Source of the DNA: Octopus sinensis
Taxonomy: Eukaryota
Direction: 5' to 3'
Assembly (NCBI RefSeq): GCF_006345805.1
Contig: NW_021833024.1
Location: 62,001-126,000 of the forward strand
DNA: 64,000 bases
This document shows, piece by piece, positions 1-12,537 of the stretch. Below the pieces are notes generated by a model. That model saw nothing but the letters and a program-made list of their open reading frames with translations, was not told where the DNA came from and searched no databases. Each line of letters begins with the position of its first letter. Position 1 is the stretch's first letter. Both the position numbers and the translations under genes were made by a program.

Positions 1-403
1 GGATAATTTTAGAAGAGGAGGGAACACATGGCTATCCGAGGGAAAACTGATTACGTGGAGTAAATGAATATTGTCAAAAATCTATTTCTCAAACAAGTTC
101 AAACGTTTTAAAAATATTGAATTGCTAAATCACGGGTCGGCAGAATTTCCGACTTCACGGGTCGGATTATAAAAAATTATTATAATCGGATAATTTTTTA
201 CTTATTTAAGGCTAATATTAATTAATTGAATAAAACTTTATTTAACCAAACAACGAGTAAATTTCATTTTAATTGAATTTGCTGTTTAATTTTTCATATA
301 CTGTCGTTTATTGTTCGAGAATTCATCAATATTAGGTGCATGGGTCGTTGACGCTAAAATTAAAACATTATTAAGATGATTGTCCGTAATTCTCGTTCTA
401 TAA

Positions 404-494
404 TATGAGACAACCTGAAAAGGCACTGTTGTTTGTGCTAGCTGCTGGTCTCATAATCTTATGTGAGATTGGCGTCACAAATTCACGACCAAGT
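404..494 (+). repeat. Copy 1 of a short structured repeat (probable non-LTR 3' UTR)
   Basis: 38-bp block AGACAACCTGAAAAGGCACTGTTGTTTGTGCTAGCTGC (408-445) is identical to 1763-1800; AATTCACGACCAAGT (480-494) matches 1852-1866; TATGAGAC (404-411) pairs with GTCTCATA (448-455). Confidence 0.85.
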
Positions 495-1329
495 GGTTTT
501 CATTAGGCGGTATTAATAATTGTTTATGAGATCGAAATAAAAAGAAAGGACGAAGCTGTCACTAAAGGACGGGCGAATGATTGAACAATGTAGAGTCTAT
601 ATGTCAAGAATGATGGGAAAGTTATCTTCTGATGCATTAGCTTCCATAAAGCTACAATAAAAGAACAGTCGATTAAGGATAATAAGCACTCCGATTTTGG
701 GGAGGACGACAGTCGGTTCTTTGTGACACAAATCAGTGTGATAGTTCATTCCTTTTAATTTTTGACATTTATTTTAAGCAAAACTTCCACGTCTGCTCTT
801 TCTATTTCAACTATCGTTACCTCGAGGTTATGAGTGACGACAGAAACTGGATATGGTAGTTTGGGAGAGAGTCTGACTTTACTCTTTACTACGTTGACCG
901 GAAACGGTTCTCCATATTTTAGAGTGTCCTGAAAAAGCCTGCGATCAGTTTGAACGTGCCTTATTCCCTGTGTTTAAGATGTAGTGCGACAACTATTTTA
1001 ACCTCAAAACAGAGGTTAGTTCAAGTTTTACTACTCTCAGCCAAATGTTGCGGAGTCGAGTGCATCTTCTTTGATAACTTAATTGACTACCCTGCACTGA
1101 ACTTGCATGCCTTGGCTAATAGGTGTGCAAGGGCGACGTCCTGAAAACCATTTTAATTGAGTAGTTTTTTGTGACTATTTAAAAAATGCATTCAATGCAG
1201 TTGTTTCTTGATGACCAAAACGAGTCATCACCCAAATCTGTTCTTTGACTAAAGATTCAAAAATGTGGTTTTCATTAGGCTGTTTTCATACCAAATTTCA
1301 TGTTGAAATTTAATATCTCCAGATTAAAA

Positions 1330-1870
1330 AACACGCATCTCATAATTGACTGCTTGTTCCACTCTAAATGTGCTAAACGGAAATGGTCGTTCACTAAAGA
1401 ATAGGCCAGCGATTCTATATTTCCGGATCCTTGCTAAAATTTATGGCCTGCACAGATGTTCACATCCAATGAAAACAATTCACGATTCCATCTCAACGTC
1501 AGCAATTCTCAAGCCTAATTCGATCCTCAATAAACTCCCACCGAATGTTCACTCTTCAGAAATGTTTCTTGACTGTTCCGCTTAAGTAAACCTTGCTCGT
1601 TTCTGCTCTGGCCATCACCACTCACTAAACCACTATTCACACAAAATGGACATCTCCCCCTTCTGTAATATTTGCTGTGCTGATAAACACTCAACTGCTC
1701 ATCGCTGTCCTGGTCCTCTTTTAATCCGCCTAAATTTGATATTCACTCCCCGAGGTCATATAAGACAACCTGAAAAGGCACTGTTGTTTGTGCTAGCTGC
1801 AGGACTCATAAAATAACACGAAATCGGCGTAACGCAAAATCAATGCGCACTAATTCACGACCAAGTATAT
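1330..1870 (+). mobile_element. 3' fragment of an I/Jockey-like non-LTR retrotransposon (post-RT region, CCHC finger, 3' UTR), decayed
   Basis: Translates with stops as ..ILNKLPPNVHSSEMFLDCSA*VNLARFCSGHHHSLNHYSHKMDISPFCNICCADKHSTAHRCPG, resembling the C-terminal LxQLRSG..LN.Y..C..C..H..C segment of LINE ORF2; followed by repeat copy 2. Confidence 0.6.
1763..1866 (+). repeat. Copy 2 of the short structured repeat
   Basis: Identical 38-bp and 15-bp blocks shared with 408-445 and 480-494, with a different spacer. Confidence 0.85.
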
Positions 1871-1982
1871 GTTAGCAAAACACTAACTTCGAGACTCCTA
1901 GCATTAAAACCACTGGAACACGCTCAAGAATAATTTGACAACGTATTGAATAAGACAAGGACATTAAAACCAGAAAAAGACA

Positions 1983-2633
1983 TTAATAATAAGTAGAAGG
2001 CCTGGTAGTACTGAACCTATTAGCAATGAGTGCCTTGTTCACATTTCTATAAGGCCGATATTTCAACTTTGGATTCTATACGACCCAATACAACACAACA
2101 CTACATGAAACTGCTTCACTGCATCCCGTCGACACTCCCCAGCAGGGACCACCTCCACTCTGATGATATCAATCGCGTATGACCTCGCTGAATGGTTTCC
2201 CGCCAATGTTTGATCTACACCAATAACCCGCCAAAACAACAGCATTTGGTGACAGCCCCCACACGAGAAGTGTCTCGAAATTCGAAGGACATGTTTTGGA
2301 TGTTCCTGTGTGAGCGAACACGCACCCAGATGCCATAATTTCGCACAACTTGTTTGTTGGATTGGATCTATGACCATCACACTATAAAATCCGACCTCCT
2401 TATTTGGATAAGGTCGCCTCCAGATTTTTTGATTTTCTTTAATTTCCGCATGTAAGACCAGAATTTGGATTTGGCAGTGACCTCGTTTTTTGAAAAGATG
2501 TTCATTTTGACTAGGGGTGGTACTTCGTCCCCAACAGGCGTCTTTCTTCCAATCACGACGTATTCTTTTAGCTACAATCATATTTAAAATATTGATATTT
2601 AAATGATAAGAATGTGCAACAAGAAACCTGCAT
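1983..2633 (-). CDS. RPL18A: 60S ribosomal protein L18a (eL20), 4 introns
   Basis: Spliced: MQLKEYVVIGRKTP..AKSKFWSYMRKLKKIKKSGG..VRNYGIWVR..AIDIIRVEVVPAGECRRDAVKQFH..RFSTTRPSTYY*. Introns of 56, 28, 26 and 29 nt; one base appears missing before the 2368-2395 intron. Confidence 0.95.
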
Positions 2634-2749
2634 GTAACCAAACACGTGAAATATAGTTTATTTTATCGAATAATTGGATAAAATAGAATTAATTGAAAAA
2701 ATAATAATCCTATTTTTTAACAGTTTCAATGGATATTTATGCGTTTGTT

Positions 2750-3140
2750 TTTTAAGAGAAATATTTTGACGTAGTGAATGTAATTTTTTCAACTTGATGA
2801 TGGATCCGTAAACAAAAACCCTAAATATGAGCCTCTTCTGGCCATTCGTAATTTTGAGAAGCCTTAATAAAGGCAATTCCGTGACGTCTTTTACCGTTGA
2901 TATCCATCGAGTCCTGGTCGACCGGGACTTTTCTTCCCAGTAATATTGCTCAGCATAATAGTTCTTTCTAATGAATCAGAACGAACGACATGTCCTAATA
3001 AACCCAATCTGTGTTTTACGATGTTCCCTTTTAGCGAAATGTCCGTATCCCCCCTATCGACGTTTGTTATTTGGTCCTATGGGTTCTTAGTAAATTTTTT
3101 TAAAAATCTATATTTATCCCACTTCTGGATAAAACGATAG
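2750..3140 (-). mobile_element. RTE-clade LINE, 3' end, decayed
   Basis: Minus strand reads LGLLGHVVRSDSLERTIMLSNITGKKSPGRP..RWISTVKDVTEL, like the RTE C-terminal GHV.R..LE..I..G.V.GKR.RGRP.TRW motif. Confidence 0.7.
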
Positions 3141-3910
3141 CAAGGACTGCTCAATTCCTTACGCCAGCAAAATACTTCTTAAGAATACAACATGTCGAAA
3201 TGATTTTACCGAATGTCCAAGCAGGATTCAGGAAGGAACTGGGTACCCGTGACAATATAGGAAATGTCCGATGGATTATCGAGAAAGCCCATGAATCCAA
3301 AAGAGTGTATACATTGACTATCGGAAAGCTTTTGATACACGACAAGATGTGGTCCGCTTTAAATGAATTTGTATTCGATGCCCATTTAAATATTTCTTAT
3401 CAAATCTCTTTATAAGGACCAAGAACCAGTATATAAAGATACCCAGTATTGGTAAAGGAGTAAGACAAGATTGTTAAATATCTTCCATTTATTTAATATT
3501 TATGTCTAAATTGGATATTGTATTGAATGTAGAGATGAAAATTGGAGGCAGGAAAATAAATAATTTGCACTATGCTGCCAATACAACAGAGGATGGCCTC
3601 AGTAAGTTGATTTTAAAACTCAGAGAAGAGAGCTTATTGTTTACTGCTGAATGTCAGTAAGACTAAAATTATGACGACTGCTAATAATTGAACTAAAAAT
3701 TTGGAATGAGAAAATAGAGTTTCAATAATTTATCTTTCAAGGATGCCTGATTAATCGGAATAGTGAAGAGGCGAATTGCCATTGGACCGAGTGTTTTCCA
3801 GAAAATAAACAGTATATGGAAAAGCAGGGATATTTGCTTAAGGACTAATCGCGTTCCCCGTTTTTATAAAACATGAATACTAAAAAAGCGGATAGACGAA
3901 AATTGATGAA
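3135..3910 (+). mobile_element. RTE-clade LINE RT core, inverted relative to the adjacent 3' end, decayed
   Basis: ILPNVQAGFRKELGTRDNIGNVRWIIEKAHE, IDYRKAFD, HDKMWSAL, GVRQ..SP.LFNIY, GGRKINNLHYA, KKADRRKIDE, with many stops and frameshifts. Confidence 0.8.
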
Positions 3911-4582
3911 CATGTCGGTATTAGTGAGTCTAATATGTGTTTAGAAGTGAAACGTTTGGCAAAAGAGTAACAGAATACTCCATTTGTGCCTAGTTTAGAA
4001 TAAATAAGTTTGAATAATGAAAATTTAATCGATTGTGTCATGCCAAAATAAGAGTGGTGACCTTATGACGAGGACAGATATAGGAGCATGAAAAGGCAAT
4101 CGTTTAATTTTATAAAAAGAGAAATTCTAAATATTCGATTAAGATGATTTGTCTGTTGATGAAATCCACCTTCAAAACAAGTAAAATTCTCCAAAAAATG
4201 TGAATATTTGGCTTTGATAATTTGGAGAATTATTAGCAAATCTGTACTAGTATTTCGAAAGGAAACAATCAATTGCTAATTATTTCATTACTTGACGTCA
4301 TCCTCCGACAACTTGTACATTGTCACCACTTCTGTTTAACGATTATTTATTTATGTTTGATTGATTGAGTAATTTTAAGTATTTAAAAAGTGATTTAAAG
4401 TCAAAATAGAAGATGACCAACTAAAATAAGCTAAATTCGGTCTTTACTGAAGTACTAATTAGAATCAAACATAAATTGCCAATACAATAAATCAATATAC
4501 CAAGAATTAAAACCTGATTTAATATTATTGTTTGAATCAAGTAATTAATACATTTATTAGTGAAAAGTAATAAAGATATTGA

Positions 4583-5112
4583 TCACTTTCCAGACATCAT
4601 AGCAACGAATTCTAAAATAAAGCGACCAACCAACAACCCTCGTAATCCACGTGACCATCCCCGTCCACGTCGGCCTCCTTGATCATGTCCTCGACTTCCT
4701 CGTCCGTCATCTTCTCCCCTAAGTTCGTGAGGACATTCCTCAGTTCTTCTGCGCTTATTTTGCCGTCATTGTTCTTGTCGAAAACACGGAAGGCCTCCCG
4801 AATGTCGTCCTCGTAGTCCTCCACCAACAACTTTTTGGACATGAGTTCCAGAAACTCGGGAAAGTCAATGTTGCCGTTCCCGTCAATGTCGTATTCGTTG
4901 ATTATCACTTCTATCTCCATCTCCGTCGGGTTTTGTCCTAAAGATCGCATCACAGTCCCCAGTTCCTTCGTGCTTATCGTCCCGTCCCCGTCTTTGTCGA
5001 ACAGCGAAAAGGCTTCTTTGAATTCTCTTAATAAGAGAACATTGAATGTACCGAGGATTTGTTCTTCTGTCAAATTATTCGCCTAATTTTATATTAATCT
5101 AAGTTATACCAT
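4583..5112 (-). CDS. Calmodulin-like protein, four EF-hands, 3 introns
   Basis: ATG-only first exon, then [75 protein letters not shown]; introns about 26-27 nt; too divergent for canonical calmodulin. Confidence 0.93.
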
Positions 5113-6690
5113 TTTACTATTTGATTTCACTATTTAGTATTTATAAGTGTGTTTTCCACTATAATATTTATTTAATAATACAAATAATAAAAAACATTTT
5201 TTTATTAATTAGTCGTTTTTTGTCCAAATAATAAAATTCTACATAAACGGGTGCATTTCCTTAGACATCATATTTAAGTTAGATTTTTGAGTATCAATTA
5301 AGTCAAAAATCACGTCCAATCTTTTATAAATCTCCATCTTTAAACTAATTATTAAACAATTTTTGTATCAAAAAACAGATTGTGGTGAGATAAAAACTAC
5401 AAAACTTTAGCTTGAGTACATTTTGTGCCCCCGTCGATGAGTCCCCCGTACTGTATAAGTAAACTTATCTCTTTAAGTATATTTCAGTCTGTCCTGTGAT
5501 TTATTTAACAATTTCTATTATTAATGATAATGGTTATCACACTCAAGTCTACAAATCGACAGTAATATCCAAAATAATTTTTATTCAACTGAATTTGAAA
5601 TACAATTATTATTAGGTTTTCATATACAGTTTTGAGCAACTATCACTAAGCTGGAATTAATCCAAAATGGAAAGATAAACCAAATGACCACGTTTAGCCT
5701 CAACACCCTCCTTTAGAGCAAATGTTTTGGAGTCCTGCAAAGTGCATATTTGTATGTATGGGCGGAATTCAGTTCATACTACATGCAGGCAAAAGACTCC
5801 AGACGAACAACAAGGTTCTTGAGGCAGTTTGTTGTTGGAATCTTCTAGTCTAATCAAACGAAATACAATGTTGAAAACACGGATTAATGAGACTGCTGTA
5901 GAACTAACCTTTTCTCCCACCAGCTTTATTCAGTGCAGCTAAAGGGGATGCATGACTACGAGGTATGAGGATTGGAAACAAGACAATTACCCGCTCTCCT
6001 AAATCAATAAAATTTCTAGTCAATCAAGATTCATTTATAAAAATAGAAATCAGAATTCAACCTATACTAGTCCGATTAACTTTTATTATTAAGCATTTCT
6101 GGAAAATCATAAACTAACTAGGTTTTTTTGCCAAATTTTCAAACCCTTCACATAACCACCTCATGCTCCTTAAAAAACTTCAAGATTTCAAAATAAGTAT
6201 CGAATGGTCAATCAAACTGATTTCAATAAATTACTATAAAGTCCCGTCGTCAGTTGGTCAAATCATTACGTAATCCAAATAAAAAATATTCCTTAACTTG
6301 CTTAATATTCCAATTAAAAATTCCAAAATTATATAAAATCAATATAAAAACAATTTTTAATTCTTAGAAAACTTTTGTTCTAAAATTTGAGGTGTTTGTT
6401 CTAGAAACTGTTCATGTTCATTTTTATGGGCACAGTTAAATTCATCTCTGAAATTAAATATGAAGCGGAAAACTTATTTTGAGACCAATAAGGCACAACT
6501 TGTTTCCTCTATTAATGGAAAAATTCCTTTAGATGAGGTCCTGATCAAATTCGTCACATACAAAAAGTGAAAAAATAAAATAAAAATTGTTCATATTATT
6601 GTAAATATAGGGAAGAATGCGCCGAGAACGATGATCGAAATCCAATTGAACATACGGGAATGACGCTCCAAAAAAAGAATAAAAAAACTA

Positions 6691-7281
6691 ATGCGAATGA
6701 TAAAGAAAAATATGGACGAATATGGCTGGAATGACTACAGGCAAAACGTGGATCAACACCACCAAGAAAATTCAATTTACTTTCCTTCGGCGATTGACTT
6801 TTCTGAAAATGAAAATGCAATAGAAAAACATCAAGCAGAATTTTTAACTGACTTCCACCCTGATCTAACTTATCAGAAAATGCCGCACATCGAAGGAAAT
6901 TTGCAATATTATGGGGAAGGTCAGTATAATTTCCCTGTTGACGAGTATCCTCAGCAAGCATACATCCCAGAACCCGTCCATTCCATTTCAAACAACTCGG
7001 GTTTTGGTTCGGACTGTCTTTTTGAGAAAAAGAAACCAAAACGAAAAAGAATGCAAAATTCAATTCAACGAAAAGCAGCAAACCAACGAGAAAGGAAACG
7101 AATGTTTAGTCTAAACCAAGCATTCGACCAACTACGAGACCTAATCCCCAAATTTTCATATGAAAAGAAACTGTCTAGAATTGACACTTTGAGATTGTCC
7201 ATATTCTATATCATGATCCTCTACAAAATAAACACGAATGAGCAACTCCCGATCGACCTTGACGAACTGCGATTGCACTGA
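6691..7281 (+). CDS. FERD3L: bHLH transcription factor, Fer3/Nato3 (PTF1-related) type, single exon; exact ATG uncertain
   Basis: [49 protein letters not shown] resembles the Fer3/FERD3L bHLH (RMFNLNEAFDQLR..P.F.YEKRLSRIETLRL). Confidence 0.8.
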   Translation: MRMIKKNMDEYGWNDYRQNVDQHHQENSIYFPSAIDFSENENAIEKHQAEFLTDFHPDLTYQKMPHIEGNLQYYGEGQYNFPVDEYPQQAYIPEPVHSISNNSGFGSDCLFEKKKPKRKRMQNSIQRKAANQRERKRMFSLNQAFDQLRDLIPKFSYEKKLSRIDTLRLSIFYIMILYKINTNEQLPIDLDELRLH

Positions 7282-7849
7282 TTTTGTATCTTAGTTTTTA
7301 ACAGTAAAAATGAGTAATTTTTAATAAAACTGTTAAAATAATTTTAACAGCTAAATCCAATAAATAGCAATTGTGAATAATTTTAGACCATATGTCTCCG
7401 GACACTCTGTTGCCAAAGTATATCGAAATCAATACATCAACAAGTAACGATTCCAATATCTAATTAATTTTTTTCTGTTTTGAATTTTTGTTAACAATTT
7501 TCATTATTCACGAATGACCCAGATGACAGACAACACAGTGGTGCATAAGAGTGAGAATTGTTCTATTAGATAAGTGCGATCAAGTGGCTTCGATCACAAT
7601 GACTTTCTTTATTATTCTCATTATTTTTGCAATATTTTTTCGATATCAAAATTAATTTTTGAACATATTTCTACTGATAAAATATGGTTATAAGATTCTA
7701 TAGACAGTGAATTTTCGCAAATTGACCAATTTTTTTAACAATCTACTAGAAAAAATTAATTTTCTTAGTAAATTAGCCGATTTTCAAATTGGCCACAATT
7801 TTTAATTGGTTTTTTAATTAGAAAATAAACTATTTTTCAATTCTCGTCA

Positions 7850-8130
7850 TCTTTCCTTTGCCCGCGAGGCAACGAGTCCTTCTGGCACGACAAAGTTAAA
7901 AATGGGGATCTCTTACCTTCTTGGCGTTATGTGATCCACCATACCATCTGGAACTTTTAATCGGATATGGAAACGCTCAGGAGGCACCTAATGCCTAACA
8001 AAAAAGAACTAGAACTCTGACCCTGAGACATCGTCGTCCCAGACAGATCACCGTCGAGAGGATCGAACCTTTCAGAAGGATCTCTGTCGCTTGCGAAATG
8101 AATCGAGGATCGCGAGGATTATAACTAACT
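7850..8130 (+). mobile_element. LINE 3' remnant
   Basis: Shares GCACCTAATGC and GGATCGAACCTTT..AAGATCTC.GTCGCTTG with 9850-9960; loosely like the 3' end of 55327-56412. Confidence 0.5.
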
Positions 8131-8198
8131 GGTACTTTAGTCGATAAATGTCTTAATGTTTTAAACTATTTTTTCAATCACATGTCTTATAAAATTTC

Positions 8199-9400
8199 TT
8201 GTATACTCGGCTCACTTTTTATGAAAAAACACAAATCATAAACTACAATGAAGAAAATGTAAGCTTTTGGCTGGCAGATTCTAATTCCGCAAAACTATCT
8301 CGAGAAAAACGATTAATAATCTTCTGCTTAATAAAGACTCTATTTTACGGGATTCAAAAATCTACAAAAATTTGTTTAAAGCTGCTCACAAACAAAAATT
8401 TCCTATGCTCGAAGAAAAATTGGTAGAATGAAGGATACATTAGAGTCTAAAGGTATTAATCGAAATTTAATTTCCAGGCGGTTTTTTTAATCATTCTTTA
8501 ATATCATGTAAGGCTGCGCATTTTGCCAAAGAGTTACAACTTAGTAACTTTGGAAATTCTAATGGATTTCTGGCAAAATTCAAAAAGAGGCATGATTTTA
8601 GAATGCTAAAATTACACAGAGATGCGAACTGATAAAATAGTTGACATTAATTCTTTTCGTCAAGAATTGAAAGAAGTTTCTAAATTGTATAAGCCTGATC
8701 AAATCTATAATCTGGATGAAACTCCATTATACTACAAGCTTATTCCATCGAAAAGCATATGCAAAAACCGATTCCAAGGATACAAAATTATAAAGACCGT
8801 GTGTCTATTATATTTTGTTCAAACATGGCCGAAAGTCACAACTTAGAACCAGCGATGATTAGAAAACAAAATATGCCTAGATGCTTTAGAAATTTTGACT
8901 ATGGATGTCTAGTCTCTATTATAGCTCACAAAAAGCTTGGATGACTGGATCTATTTTTATTTATTGGATTATTAGTTCTGATCTCCAGCTTAAAATTAAA
9001 AAGAACATTTTATTACTGATAGAACACTGTCTTCACATTGTATCCCTAAAAACTTGGATTGTATTAAGATTTTATTCTTTCCTAAAATTTCAATTGGATT
9101 ACTTCAACCAATGGATATTGGAATTATAAAAACATACAAGACTCATTTCATGAGAAGAAAGCTGAAATACTTAACTGATTTGCTCGATACAGAAAATGTT
9201 TCTGTATAAAATTCATACAAAAAATTGACATTAAAAGATGCAATTTTGTTTGTTAATATGGGTTGTGTAGAGTATCTACTGAAACCATTCGAAATTGTTT
9301 TAAGATTCTAATCACGAAAATTTAATATTTGAACACCATGATAATGAAATTGAAGGAACTGATATTTTTGATCCTTTAATGAGTAAAGACTTTGATGTAA
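8199..9400 (+). mobile_element. pogo/Tigger DDE transposase remnant
   Basis: RLTFYEKTQII, KFPMLEEKLVE, LAKFKKRHDF, YKPDQIYNLDETPLYYKLIP, KDRVSIIFCSN, SQKAWMT, ILLLIEHC; many stops and frameshifts. Confidence 0.88.
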
Positions 9401-9779
9401 AAAAAACTAGGGTGATCTCAAGATTATTCATACTTTAAAAAATTTGTGGAAAATAAGTCAATTGGCCTTTTAATGTCATATTTAATGTCACGTAGATAGA
9501 AACGATTCAATGAATTATGTCATATTATTTTTAAGTCGATTTGTAATTTTTCCACTTCGACATGTTTCAAACGACTCTGAAACGTTATTGCGACGTCGAT
9601 AAGAGTAATCGGTCTTGTCATGGACAAAGATTTCGGATTTGTTGTTTTCCACAGCAGTGTCGCCGCAAGATGGCCTTTTCCTGAATTGCAGTAGTTGCAT
9701 TTATTTTCACAATACCCAAAGTACAGATTGGACTAAGCACAGCATTTCTTCAACTGGTGAGAAGTTATTTAGCCACACT

Positions 9780-10000
9780 GCCGATTGACGAAGTTCGTGC
9801 TTTTCAGACACTGGTATAGGCTTTCAATTCGATTTAGAAACGCTAAAGGGGCACCTAATGCTCTCCGAAAAAGGACATCTAGAACACTGCTCCATGATGA
9901 TTTCTTTGCGTAGGATCGAACCTTTTGAAAAGATCTCGGTCGCTTGGAAAGTGTATCGGGAATCACGGTGTTTTTAATAAACTGGTTCACCATGGTCCTT
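9780..10000 (+). mobile_element. LINE 3' remnant, diverged copy of 7850-8130
   Basis: Blocks shared with 7984-8120; CVGS motif as in the 56300 region; A-rich end. Confidence 0.5.
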
Positions 10001-10059
10001 TGGTCAACTAAATAAAATAATATATAAATAAAATTGAAAATACCTAATACACTTATCCG

Positions 10060-10763
10060 ATGAACTTGTTGTGCAACGGATTGTTCAACTTTCTTACTCA
10101 AAAAGCAAGCACTGCGACGCTTTTTATCCGAGCGATGCACTCGAATAAAGAGCATTTAAAATTGTTGTATAATCTTCCCAAAAACGAGATTACTGAAATC
10201 CGACCTGACGGATATAAACAACTAAGTCCAGCAAAACATCAATTTATGGAAAATATAGAGTAAATGTCAGTTCTTACACCCAGAAACACAGCACTACGCT
10301 CCAATCCGGCAGAAATGACGTTCGATGGTACTCCATTCACCTCGCTGCCTATCCTCCACATGACCTTCTCTAAAAATAACTGTCACATGGTTCTGGCCAA
10401 CTCGCGTGGTCGAATGATATTCCATCGGACTATGGTAAAGACTAATCCCACATTTGTAGGGAACTGAAGGGTTCAAAAATGCCAAGAAAAAGACCACAAT
10501 TGCCTCCCAATTGGCCGGAAAGGCGGTCGGAAAGGTTTTCTTGAAAAAGTGGAGTAATTTTAGAGAATAGTGTCACTCGGATTCACAGACGGGATAAGGG
10601 TGTTCCTGAGGGGTTTCAGCAATGGGAGAGATGTATTGGTTGGGGATATTGCCCGTAGGCTGCTGTGGACGGTTTGGCAGAATCGGGACTCAAAGTTATT
10701 TCTCTGACTGATGCCACTCCGGTTCCCAGTGGGAAAAAGACTAGAAAAGTACGTAGAATTTGA
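10060..10763 (+). CDS. MRPS11: Mitochondrial ribosomal protein uS11m, 4 introns
   Basis: Spliced: ..FDGTPFTSLPILHMTFSKNNCHMVLAN..GTEGFKNAKKKTTIASQLAG..IRVFLRGFSNGRDAAVDGLAESGLKVISLTDATPVPSGKKTRKVRRI*; introns 24-29 nt. Confidence 0.92.
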
Positions 10764-11551
10764 GATTTTTTAATAATTTTGCTTTTCAGCGATTTCATTA
10801 TAAATTAATAAAATTTTATTTACAAAGTGTTAATTAAGTATGTAGCGTGTCATATTCAAACGTGGTTGATTTAATTTTGGTGTTGGTTTGATTTTATAAA
10901 ATTACTTATTGTTATACATTATTAGTTGTGAGTGTGTCGATGATTATAAAGGCCGAGTATGAATATGTTCATTATTTTGATTATTGAAGCGAGTCTGAGA
11001 CACAAAACCGTAATTATGGTGGTTATTGAGAATCGTGTACCATTAATTTTTTCTAATGTTGTTTATTTTAATAATAAAAATAACGACTTTTGAAGTTTGT
11101 GGTTTAACTAATTATCAGTTGGCATGGATTTTTGATTAAACAGTCCCTTGTCTAAAATACCAGTAAATAACTACCCTCCGTGTAAATCTACTTGTAGATT
11201 ACAAAGTTGCTAGTTTATCCGGCCTGATTGACTACAAAGCAAAAACGAGACTTAAAATATAAAATAAATATATGCGATTTAATGTTTATTTTGGTGCTTT
11301 ATGAACACTTGTTTGTCACATTAATGATAATGTTTTGTTAATGTGATGACTCATCAAATTTAATATTTGATTGGCCCCGACTGTCCTACAGAGTGGGGGA
11401 TGACACAATTTCTGTGTTTCTGTTAGAACACCGGCGAGGATAGTATTTGCACTGACGGAAAGTAACAAAACTAAAAAGTGGAAAAGTCTTTTAATAAATA
11501 AAACGATTCGACATGAAAAGTTCAAAATAAAATATAGAATAATTGTATAAA

Positions 11552-11920
11552 TCACCCCAAGTTCTCGACCCGAGACTGAATAAATTCTTTTTTGATGACT
11601 GTCATATCTTCTTTATACTGCTGATCGTCTCGGAAGGCGTATTCGAATCTGAAACCAATTCTTGTATTGCAGCCGCGACAAAAAGCATATTGAATGAGGT
11701 GAGTACCAGTGGGCATCTCCACTCTTTCTATCTAGAAATGTGATATAAAAGGTACATTGCCATATTTGATGTTTACAACGATTGAAAAAAGGTAGCCGAT
11801 AGCTTCCGTGCCGTTATAAACATATGACTTGATGTCGTCCTTATTAGCAAAGGGCACTTTGCAATTTTTGCATTCGTAAAAATGCGAAGAATTTGGGTGT
11901 AAGAAATATTTTACGGGCAT
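11552..11920 (-). CDS. Yippee-like (YPEL) zinc-binding protein, 1 intron
   Basis: YECKNCKVPF..GYLFSIVVNIKYGN, 24-nt intron, IERVEMPTGTHLIQYAFCRGCNTRIGFRFEYAFRDDQQYKE; two CxxC pairs. Confidence 0.88.
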
Positions 11921-12049
11921 GTGTTGAATAAATGTGATGAAATTAATGATTTGTATTTTAAATTTATAAAATTAATTCATTAAAATTATAAATTTTTAAA
12001 TGTAACAATTCATCTAATTCTTTGATCTAAATTAAAACCACTATTATCA

Positions 12050-12320
12050 CAATCGATCAACAACATTGAACCGAAGCTAATACAACTAACACAGTACATA
12101 GCTGGAAAACAACTGATTAAAACATTTAAGAGATCCGCCCGCATAAAAACCTAACAGGACTAACCATATAGGTCGACATATAGGTCACAAACACACTTAT
12201 TTGAAGACAAAAAATGCTCCAATCCTCAAAGAATAAAAATCTACCAGTCACCAAATCACTAGGCATTCAAAGTAATCAACATCTCACGGACTTTCCACAA
12301 TTTTAAACTTATGAAATACT
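12050..12320 (+). mobile_element. Possible highly decayed LINE RT remnant
   Basis: KNKNLPVTKSLGIQSNQHLTDF resembles the KILG.TFD.HL.F segment of other RT fragments in the window. Confidence 0.3.
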
Positions 12321-12537
12321 TATTCTAAGCTCTGATGTTAGTAATAAGTAAAGATCATTTTTAAATAGTAGTAAAACAAATAGTCAGCGTTAAATTTCGC
12401 TGTTTCTGTAAACTTTATAAAAATATTTTCACATTAAAATATGACTTATCAACGAGGTTCATACTACTGGGAATAGTGGTAGAAGTATATAAATTGACTT
12501 TTAGGCTGCAACTAATAGGCATAATGAATTAATTAAT

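Noticed and set aside
780-1140. Open stretch on the minus strand (..DTLKYGEPFPVNVV..) and ORF 950-1144
   Set aside because: No consistent splice model or recognisable family
2368-2382. 15-nt intron alternative in RPL18A
   Set aside because: In frame but adds residues; the 28-nt intron matches the expected position better
2063-2641. 192-aa minus-strand ORF as a real protein
   Set aside because: It is the unspliced read-through of RPL18A; only one exon is in the true frame
9640-9700. Gag-like zinc knuckle (CNYC..GH) on the minus strand
   Set aside because: Spacing is imperfect, needs a frameshift and has no supporting context
11185-11200. AATCTAC-TT-GTAGATT hairpin resembling a Cas12a repeat stem
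   Set aside because: Single copy, no spacers or cas genes, eukaryotic context
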